Assembly (NCBI GenBank): GCA_033345235.1 | Contig: JAWPOC010000016.1 | Span: forward strand, 69,026-133,025 | Reading direction: 5' to 3' | Length of the DNA stretch: 64,000 bases | From: Alphaproteobacteria bacterium | GTDB lineage: Bacteria; Pseudomonadota; Alphaproteobacteria; Rs-D84 | Shown: one piece after another, positions 56,841 through 64,000 of the stretch | Position numbering within the stretch: position 1 is the first letter of the stretch | Layout: each line of letters opens with the position of its first letter | Position numbers and translations under genes: made by a program | Notes under the pieces: model-generated | Database searches by the model: none | Told to the model about the DNA's origin: nothing | What the model saw: only the letters and a program-made list of their open reading frames with translations

Positions 56841-58400
56841 TTGGGTATGTTTAAAAAGTTAGCAGTTATTTTTGTTGCTGCGTTCTGTGTTTTGTTGGCT
56901 GTGCCAACAATATCGCCAAAATTGGCACCTTATTTTCCATCTTGGATTCAGCCAGTGTCGCTGGGACTGGATTTAAAGGGTGGGGCACAATTGTTGCTGG
57001 AAGTTGATACGGATACAATGTTCAAAGAAAAAAATGAACAGTTGTATGAAGAAACGCGCAGCGCGTTAATAGACAGAAACAAGGGTGTTATTCGTTTTTC
57101 TAATTTGCGCAATCATGATGGGGTTGTGTCTTTGGTGGTGCGTAATGCAGACGAAGTATCAAATGCCAAAGGGCGTCTGAAGGCGACGTTTGGTAATACT
57201 GTGGATATGTCTTCGGATGGAAAAACAATAAAGTTATCTTATTCTGATGCCCAAAAACAAGAAATGATAAAAGATGCTTTGGCGCGCAGTATCGAAATTG
57301 TACGTCGTCGTATTGATGCGCTGGGAACAAAAGAGCCTTCTATCCAAAGCCAAGGTGGTAAATATATCTTGGTGCAGTTGCCTGGGGTCGATAATCCAGA
57401 ACATATTAAAAACTTAATCGGGCAAACCGCAAAGATGAGTTTCCATTTGGTAAATGAAAACATTACACATGAACAGATGATGTTAGGACGGGCGCCCAGT
57501 GGTACAGAATTTTTGCCTTATATGAATATGCCATGGCAAAGTGTGCCTGTGTATTCCAGAATAGAAGTTTCTGGGGATTCTTTGAAAGATTCTCAGGCTG
57601 ATTTTGACCAAAATAATATGCCCGTTGTGTCAACTGTGTTTGATGCGTCTGGTGCCAGAAAATTTGCAAAATTAACAACAGAACACGTGGGTGAACGTTT
57701 TGCAATTGTCTTGGATGGTCAGGTTTTGTCTGCGCCGGTTATTCGTGAACCAATCCCAGGTGGTCGTGGTCAAATTTCTGGTGGTTTTGCATTACAAGAA
57801 GCAAAAGATTTAGCAGTTCTGTTGCGCAGTGGTGCATTGCCTGCGCCGTTGCAGGTTATCGAAGAACGTACTGTTGGTGCGGGCTTAGGTGCAGATACAA
57901 TTGAAAAAGGTAAATTGGGATCAATTGTTGGTGTGGCGTTTATCTTTATATTCTTGTTCTTTGTATATCGCTTGTTCGGCGTAATCGCAGGTATCGCATT
58001 GATGGTGAATTTGGGAATGATTGTGGGTATAACCGCATTGTTTGGTGCAACATTAACATTGCCAGGTATCGCAGGTATTGTGCTGACGTTGGGAATGGCG
58101 GTTGACGCAAATGTATTGCCGTTCGAACGTATTCGTGACGAAGTAAAAGCAGGTGTTCCAACATTGCGCGCGGTGAATATGGGATTTGATAGATCTTTGA
58201 AGACCGTTATGGACGGAAACTTGACTACACTGATTTGTGCATTGGTTTTGTTCCAGTTCGGTGCAGGCCCAATTCGTGGATTTGCAGTGACTTTGTCGAT
58301 AGGTATATTGACAACGTTGTTTACATGTGTCTGGTTGACCAAGGTCTTGGTTGATTGGTATATGAACGGCAAGAATAAAAAACTTGGTTTTGTTAGATAA
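56841..58400 (+). CDS. secD: protein translocase subunit SecD
   Basis: Large periplasmic P1 domain and 6 TM helices. Located directly upstream of secF. 519 aa. Confidence 0.95.
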   Translation: MGMFKKLAVIFVAAFCVLLAVPTISPKLAPYFPSWIQPVSLGLDLKGGAQLLLEVDTDTMFKEKNEQLYEETRSALIDRNKGVIRFSNLRNHDGVVSLVVRNADEVSNAKGRLKATFGNTVDMSSDGKTIKLSYSDAQKQEMIKDALARSIEIVRRRIDALGTKEPSIQSQGGKYILVQLPGVDNPEHIKNLIGQTAKMSFHLVNENITHEQMMLGRAPSGTEFLPYMNMPWQSVPVYSRIEVSGDSLKDSQADFDQNNMPVVSTVFDASGARKFAKLTTEHVGERFAIVLDGQVLSAPVIREPIPGGRGQISGGFALQEAKDLAVLLRSGALPAPLQVIEERTVGAGLGADTIEKGKLGSIVGVAFIFIFLFFVYRLFGVIAGIALMVNLGMIVGITALFGATLTLPGIAGIVLTLGMAVDANVLPFERIRDEVKAGVPTLRAVNMGFDRSLKTVMDGNLTTLICALVLFQFGAGPIRGFAVTLSIGILTTLFTCVWLTKVLVDWYMNGKNKKLGFVR

Positions 58401-58417
58401 TGTAAAGGGGTGTTAAA

Positions 58418-59281
58418 ATGCAATTACATTTTATGAAATATCGTAAAATTGCGTACTTGGTTTCAGGGGCGTTGATTTTGCTGTCTGTTATATCTTTGCT
58501 GTTTCGTGGATTAAATTATGGAACAGACTTTTCTGGTGGTATATCGATGGAAGTAACACCACTGGAACAAGGGTATACCATTGATCAAATGCGTGACCAG
58601 TTGTCCGAATTTAATCCAGAATTGCAACAGGTTGATGGTAAATCTATTTTAATCCGTTTGGGGTTGCCAAAAGATGCAACTGATGCACAGCAAAATGAAC
58701 GTGTTACTCAAATCAAAGATATTTTGGGAAACAGTGTTGAATATTCACAAGTTCAAATCGTAGGCCCAAAAATCGGTGGCGAATTAGTACGTGGCGGTAT
58801 TCTGGCAATATTGTTCGCGTTTGTAATGATGGCGATATATGTGTGGATTCGTTATCGTGGTGGCTATGCAGTTGGTGCATTTGTGTCTTTGTTCTTGGAC
58901 TTTGTGTTGATGTTCGGGTTCTTTTCAATCACAGGTTTGGAATTTAATCAGACGGCCATTGCTGTTATTTTGACAGGTATTGGGTACTCGATTAATGACA
59001 AGGTTGTAAACTATGACCGTATCGATGAAAATGTAAAGAAATACCACAAAATGCCAATGGCGGACTTGATTGACCTGTCTGTCAGTGAAATGTTCCGTCG
59101 TACAATGTTGACCAGTGTTTCTACATTGTTGGCAATGATTGGTATCTTTATGTTTGGTGGGGCGTTGTTGCGTGACTTTGCGTTGGCGATGGGCTTTTCC
59201 GTTATTATGGGAACGTTTACCAGTATCTTTATCTCGAATATGATACTGTATAACTTTAACTTGCGTGATAGCGATAAATAG
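58418..59281 (+). CDS. secF: protein translocase subunit SecF
   Basis: SecF topology. Follows secD. Confidence 0.9.
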   Translation: MQLHFMKYRKIAYLVSGALILLSVISLLFRGLNYGTDFSGGISMEVTPLEQGYTIDQMRDQLSEFNPELQQVDGKSILIRLGLPKDATDAQQNERVTQIKDILGNSVEYSQVQIVGPKIGGELVRGGILAILFAFVMMAIYVWIRYRGGYAVGAFVSLFLDFVLMFGFFSITGLEFNQTAIAVILTGIGYSINDKVVNYDRIDENVKKYHKMPMADLIDLSVSEMFRRTMLTSVSTLLAMIGIFMFGGALLRDFALAMGFSVIMGTFTSIFISNMILYNFNLRDSDK

Positions 59282-59314
59282 TTAATTTGGCACTGTAATC
59301 TGGGGGGAAATACG

Positions 59315-60814
59315 ATGAAAAAATTTTTAATCTGGACATTTTTAACTTTGGTTGCAGTGCCTTGTTTTGCAAACAGTCTGTTTTTTGAAGATGAGCCTGT
59401 ACAGGATGGTTTGCCCGTATTTACAATGTCTGAGACGTTCGCAGATGTTTATGAAAAGTTAGATGGTGTAAATTGGGGTGGAAAAAATCTGAATCTGGCA
59501 ATTGAAAGTCTGGAAAATATCAATTCTTTGGCGCATATTGCTGCGACTGATGAAAGAATTGTTTTGGTGTGGCGTGATACTATTGTCGGAAATTTTGCCA
59601 GACCAAAAGATAAAGATTGGAACGCGTTTGGCGAAATTACAACAGCGTTGATACTAAAAATGCGCCAGCAAGACCCAAATCTGCGCAGAATGAGCGAAAA
59701 TGACATTTATCAAATTGCAGTGGAAAGTTTAGTGCGCGGTCTGGATGAACATGGTAAGTATGTATTGTCTAAAAATGCACAGATTACAGAAGATGGAAAA
59801 ATATTAACCAGTGTCGGTGTCGAAGGTGCGCGTGATGCACGTGGCTATTTTCGTGTGACTGGGGTTTATAAGGGTTCTCCTGCAGATGGGGCAGGTATAA
59901 AATCAGGTGATTTGATTGTTGAAATAGATGGTATGCCTGTGACAGGTATGTCAGGTGCAGATTTGGCAAGTGTTATGACTGGGTTTAATTCTGGTACAGC
60001 CAAAATAAAACTGTTAACGCCGTCAGGACAGAAAAATGTTGTGTTGCGTCGCGCGTCAATTGCGTTGGCAGATGCAGATGTCGTATATCGTAATGATACA
60101 GAATATAGTGGTATTTTAGAAATTGTTGTTCATAAAATTACAAATGGTGCAGTTGATATTATTAACAGAGCCTTGGCAATGTATCCTGATGTATATGGAA
60201 TAATTTTAGATTTGCGCGCGGCGTCTGGTGATGATGAACGTGCTGTTGCAAAATTAGCAGGATTGTTTATGGGACAGGTGCCTGTTATGCGTGTTGTTGA
60301 AACTGCACGTGAAGAAGTAGAAATAATCCCTGGGGGAAATGCAGTAACAGATGTGCCTGTGGTCGTACTGGTGTCTGATATGACACGTGGTACAGCCGAA
60401 GCATTGGCCGCAGCGTTTTATGAAAATCAGCGCGGTGTTTTGGTCGGAACACCAACCGCAGGACAAGCGCGTATCGCATCACAGATAGATTTAAAAAATG
60501 GCGGAATGTTAGAACTGTTAAACAAGTCCGTTAAAACAGGCAGTGGACGCGCAATTGATAATCGTGGTGTGTTCCCAATTGTATGTTTATCTAATATTCG
60601 GTCAAATCAGCAGCAAAATGCATTCTTTGTAAATGTTGTAAATAATGACTTTAATATGCAAGACTTTAATAAAAAATCAGATGTCAGTGCAGATGATATT
60701 CGGCGTGGGTGTCCAACAATTACCAGTGGTACAGATGAAGATGCAGTGTCATTGGCTGTGGCGGTAAAAATTTTAACTGATAAAAAAGTCTATAATAAAT
60801 TAATAATAGAATAA
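59315..60814 (+). CDS. S41-family C-terminal processing peptidase (PDZ-containing)
   Basis: Signal peptide. PDZ GVYKGSPADGAGIKSGDLIVEIDG. S41-like core …VVVLVSDMTRGTAEALAAAF…. Confidence 0.55.
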   Translation: MKKFLIWTFLTLVAVPCFANSLFFEDEPVQDGLPVFTMSETFADVYEKLDGVNWGGKNLNLAIESLENINSLAHIAATDERIVLVWRDTIVGNFARPKDKDWNAFGEITTALILKMRQQDPNLRRMSENDIYQIAVESLVRGLDEHGKYVLSKNAQITEDGKILTSVGVEGARDARGYFRVTGVYKGSPADGAGIKSGDLIVEIDGMPVTGMSGADLASVMTGFNSGTAKIKLLTPSGQKNVVLRRASIALADADVVYRNDTEYSGILEIVVHKITNGAVDIINRALAMYPDVYGIILDLRAASGDDERAVAKLAGLFMGQVPVMRVVETAREEVEIIPGGNAVTDVPVVVLVSDMTRGTAEALAAAFYENQRGVLVGTPTAGQARIASQIDLKNGGMLELLNKSVKTGSGRAIDNRGVFPIVCLSNIRSNQQQNAFFVNVVNNDFNMQDFNKKSDVSADDIRRGCPTITSGTDEDAVSLAVAVKILTDKKVYNKLIIE

Positions 60815-60833
60815 CAGTACTTGGGGGTGTGTT

Positions 60834-61520
60834 ATGTTTTTGTCGAAAGATAATCAAATGTTATGGCGCAGGGTGCGTTGGGCAGCCTTGATAACAGCAG
60901 TGCTGGTTGCGTTGGGAATTGCGTGGTATGACAGGCCTTTGTTTGTAATGATGCGTTATTTAGACGCTAGAATTTGGGGATTCTTTGATGCTGTTTTTGA
61001 TGCCAAAGTTTGGATTATTTCATCGTTTGTTGTTCTGTTAGCACTGTGTGTTAAAAAACAAATAAAATCAAAAGACTTTTTAAAAGAATGTAAAACAAAG
61101 TTCAATTTAAAATGTTGTGCGTGTGACTTGTTCTCGCAGATAAAAACCAGTCACGCTTTTTTGATTTTTTGTAGTGTTTTATCAGCAGGCATAATCGTTA
61201 AAATACTAAAGATATTTATCGGACGTGCCAGACCTGTGTTTTTCGAAGCTTTGGATATGGTTGGATTTTATCCACCGTCTTTGGATTGGGCGTTTAATTC
61301 TATGCCATCTGGGCATACGACCGTTACATTTGCGGGCTTGGTCATGATTGGTATGTTGGCACCAAAGTACAAGCCTTTGACATGGGGATTGGCGATTGTT
61401 GTTGGACTGTCAAGGGTCGCAATAGGGGCACATTGGCCAACAGATGTTTTGTTGGGGGCTTTTATAGGAATGCTGGTGGCGGATATTGTAAAATATCTAT
61501 TGTTACGTAAATCTAGATAA
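60834..61520 (+). CDS. PAP2-family membrane phosphatase (PgpB/LpxE-like)
   Basis: PAP2 motifs KxxxxxxRP (KIFIGRARP), PSGHT and SRVAIGAHWPTD. Confidence 0.7.
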   Translation: MFLSKDNQMLWRRVRWAALITAVLVALGIAWYDRPLFVMMRYLDARIWGFFDAVFDAKVWIISSFVVLLALCVKKQIKSKDFLKECKTKFNLKCCACDLFSQIKTSHAFLIFCSVLSAGIIVKILKIFIGRARPVFFEALDMVGFYPPSLDWAFNSMPSGHTTVTFAGLVMIGMLAPKYKPLTWGLAIVVGLSRVAIGAHWPTDVLLGAFIGMLVADIVKYLLLRKSR

Positions 61521-61587
61521 ACAAAATAGGCGGGTAATAATAAATCGCCTATTTTTTTTGTGATTTTTATGATAAAATGTCTGTGCT

Positions 61588-63861
61588 ATGACAAGGAAGA
61601 AAAAAACATCAAGAATTTTGCCCGCTGGAATTTCTGGCGCGTTGAACAGTTTGGTTGCCCGTATCTTTGGTGGGTGTGTTTGTGTGCTGGGGGTGTGGGC
61701 GTTGATCGCTTTGTTTATGTATAACCCAAATCTGGATGGGTTCGCTGTCGCCAGTAATTTCGGCAGTCAATCTGCAATGGGAAATGTTGTTGGGGCATTG
61801 CGTTATGCAATTGGGTTTGTGCCAACGTTATTTGTGTTTTTATGTGCTGCCAGATGGGGCGCGTTAAAACTGTTGGGGATGGAAATAGGGGCGTCACCAG
61901 AATATAATTTCTTGCGCGGATTTATCGCTGTTTGTGTCGGGGCAATTGGGTTTGGTTTGCTTGTTCCAATGGGAACGTATGGCGGTATGTTTGGCGCGAT
62001 TGCATATATGGACGTTGTTGGTGTTGTTGGTAAAGTTGCACCGGTCTTGGGTGTTTTATTTGTTGCTGTATTTTTTGTTTTAGCAGGTACTTTGTTACAT
62101 ATCAGTTGGCGTCATTTGCGTTGGGCAATGGGAATAATTATTCGTTGGCTGCGCTGGATTGGCAGTGCATTCCATCTGATTAAACCTGTGGCAGACGCCC
62201 CACAAGAAGATGATGAAGAATACACAGATGATGACACAGAAGACGAAGCCGATGCAGAAGAAGAAAAGCCAGAAAAACCCAAACGTAGTTTACTGGGACG
62301 TCGCGCGTCAAACAAGGCGGCTGTGGTTGCAACTGTGTCTGCGGGGCGTTCACGTCGTGCGGCGGCTGCATATCAATTGCCAGACCCGAAATTCTTGGAA
62401 AAGTCCAGTTTTAGTAAATGTGCCGTAACACCTGATTTGAAACAGAATGCGCGTAATATGGAAACTCATTTTGCGGAATATGGTGTGTATGGGCGCGTTG
62501 TTGGTATAAAGCCTGGGCCAATTGTGACGTTATATGAATTCGAACCAGATACAGGTATGCGTATTGCAAAAATTACAGAAACAGTCAAAGATATGACCCG
62601 CGCAATGGCAACAGAAAATATTCGTATCGCGCATATTCCACGCACGAACTTTGTTGGTGTTGAAATGGTTAATATCAAGCGTCAAACAGTGCGTTTTCGT
62701 GGGCTGGTTGAAAATCCGATTTTCATAGAATCAAAGTACAAAATTCCATTGGCGTTGGGTGTTGATATTGGCGGAAATCCAATGTATTTTGACTTGGCCA
62801 AGATGCCACATATGTTAATCGCAGGGCGTACTGGGTCTGGTAAATCCGTATTTGTACAATCTATTATTACATCGATTGTGTATCACTTTACGCCGGACAA
62901 GTGCAAGTTGATGATTATCGACCCAAAAGGTGTTGACTTTGGGTTCTGGGATGATATTCCACACTTGATTACGCCAATTGTAAAACTGGATCCTGCTGCG
63001 GCGGTAAATGCGCTGAAGTGGGCAGTGCGCGAAATGGAAGAAAGATATAAACAATTACAAGTCTTAAATGCGCGTAATATCGAAAGTTATAATGAAATTG
63101 CGGCGCAAAAACGTGAAAGCGGTGAAAAGATTACAAAACAGGTCGCGGTTGGCACAGACCCAGAAACAGGCGAATTATTATTTGAAACCCAAGAAGTTGA
63201 CTTATCCGATATGTCATACATTGTCATCGTCATAGACGAGGTGGCCGACCTGATGTCTTTGGCGCGCAAAGATGTTGAAGCCTGTGTTCAACGTATTGCG
63301 CAAAAGGCGCGTGCGGCTGGGATTCATCTTGTTATGGCGACCCAGCGTCCAGACGCAACAACAATCACAGGTGTTATCAAGGCAAACTTCCCAACACGTG
63401 TTTCGTTCCAAGCGCGCAGCCGTATTGACAGTGCAACCACACTGGGCGAAGGTGGTGCAGAACAGTTATTGTCTTGTGGCGATATGCTGTTTAGCGAGGC
63501 TGGCCGCGTCCCTGTGCGAATTCATGGCGCATTCATAGACGATGGCGAATTGAACAGAATTGGTGAATTCTTGCGCGCCCAAGGCGAACCAGAATACGCA
63601 GACGGTGTAACGGATTCCGAAGGCGACGGTGGCAGCGATGTTGATGTTTCTGGTATCCCAGGAATGGGTGGTGGTGATAAAGATGGCGACCTGTATGCCC
63701 GCGCCAAAGAGTGTGTTTTACGTGATAAAAAGCCGACAATTTCTTATATTCAGCGTCGTTTACAAATTGGCTATAACAAGGCTGCGGGCTTTATGGAACG
63801 TATGGAAGAAGAGGGTATTGTGTCTGGGCCGGACGCCAATAACAAACGTCACATCCTATAA
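61588..63861 (+). CDS. ftsK: DNA translocase FtsK
   Basis: N-terminal TM region, acidic linker, motor domain with Walker A GRTGSGKS and a C-terminal gamma winged-helix. Confidence 0.95.
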   Translation: MTRKKKTSRILPAGISGALNSLVARIFGGCVCVLGVWALIALFMYNPNLDGFAVASNFGSQSAMGNVVGALRYAIGFVPTLFVFLCAARWGALKLLGMEIGASPEYNFLRGFIAVCVGAIGFGLLVPMGTYGGMFGAIAYMDVVGVVGKVAPVLGVLFVAVFFVLAGTLLHISWRHLRWAMGIIIRWLRWIGSAFHLIKPVADAPQEDDEEYTDDDTEDEADAEEEKPEKPKRSLLGRRASNKAAVVATVSAGRSRRAAAAYQLPDPKFLEKSSFSKCAVTPDLKQNARNMETHFAEYGVYGRVVGIKPGPIVTLYEFEPDTGMRIAKITETVKDMTRAMATENIRIAHIPRTNFVGVEMVNIKRQTVRFRGLVENPIFIESKYKIPLALGVDIGGNPMYFDLAKMPHMLIAGRTGSGKSVFVQSIITSIVYHFTPDKCKLMIIDPKGVDFGFWDDIPHLITPIVKLDPAAAVNALKWAVREMEERYKQLQVLNARNIESYNEIAAQKRESGEKITKQVAVGTDPETGELLFETQEVDLSDMSYIVIVIDEVADLMSLARKDVEACVQRIAQKARAAGIHLVMATQRPDATTITGVIKANFPTRVSFQARSRIDSATTLGEGGAEQLLSCGDMLFSEAGRVPVRIHGAFIDDGELNRIGEFLRAQGEPEYADGVTDSEGDGGSDVDVSGIPGMGGGDKDGDLYARAKECVLRDKKPTISYIQRRLQIGYNKAAGFMERMEEEGIVSGPDANNKRHIL

Positions 63862-63974
63862 ATAAATTATAATAACTTATCTACACGCGGTGCCGGCAGT
63901 TCATGTAGCGTTTGTACACTACACTGCCGGCACTGCGTGTATCTAAATCATTCTAATTTATTTCTGTTTATCGG
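63862..63974 (+). repeat. hairpin-loop repeat element, copy D (subfamily 1)
   Basis: Hairpin 63882-63941: arm TACACGCGGTGCCGGCAG, loop TTCATGTAGCGTTTGTACACTACA, arm CTGCCGGCACTGCGTGTA. Tail TCTAAATCATTCTAATTTATTTCTG. Confidence 0.8.
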
Positions 63975-64000
63975 ATGATAATTCATCTACAAGTGGTGTC
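63975..64000 (+). repeat. start of a further hairpin-loop repeat copy, cut by the window edge
   Basis: ATAATTCATCTACAAGTGGTGTC resembles the 5' flank and left-arm start of copy C (ACAATTCATCTGTGGACGG). Confidence 0.4.

Overview
This 64 kb window is AT-rich (GC-poor) chromosome, most likely from an alphaproteobacterial endosymbiont of the Rickettsiales or Holosporales type. The lineage guess is an inference from gene content and codon bias. About 60 genes are packed densely and are mostly housekeeping. They cover DNA repair and recombination (gyrB 3' end, ung, uvrB, ruvA, ruvC, recA, mutL, xthA, an addB-like gene, xerD, ftsK), translation (aspS, serS, typA, mnmE, rsmI, engB, tsaE), the envelope (lolC/E, lolD, secD, secF, yajC, secB, mltA, lptF/G-like, an AsmA-like gene, a PAP2 phosphatase), division (ftsQ, ftsA), and four tRNAs (Met, Thr, Gly, Tyr). 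A 6-gene glycosyltransferase island lies at 39.4-45.4 kb.

The features that seem most worth a second look:
- A family of ~100 bp intergenic hairpin repeats (at least 7 copies at 4 loci). Its ~22 nt loop TCATGTA-N5-TGTACACTAC is invariant, while the GC-rich 17-19 bp arms differ completely in sequence between copies yet stay complementary. The family has two subfamilies with different conserved tails and sits directly 3' of gene stops.
- A ~0.5 kb selfish cassette that encodes only a DUF559 (Vsr-like endonuclease-fold) protein. It is flanked by ~50 bp GC-rich inverted repeats and a perfect 42 bp direct duplication of the serS 3' coding end.
- A recurring pattern in which tRNA genes are followed 90-230 bp downstream by a copy of their own 3' end (Met, Gly, Tyr). 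In the Met case the intervening segment is a 145 nt GC-rich structured element with its own terminator.
- An in-frame FtsA-Rpe fusion ORF joined across an A8 homopolymer. Slipping one extra A in would give a normally terminated FtsA. No ftsZ follows ftsA.
- A conserved 21 nt intergenic motif present twice, and a tandem pair of unknown paralogous proteins.

No CRISPR arrays, rRNA genes or intact transposases/integrases were seen.
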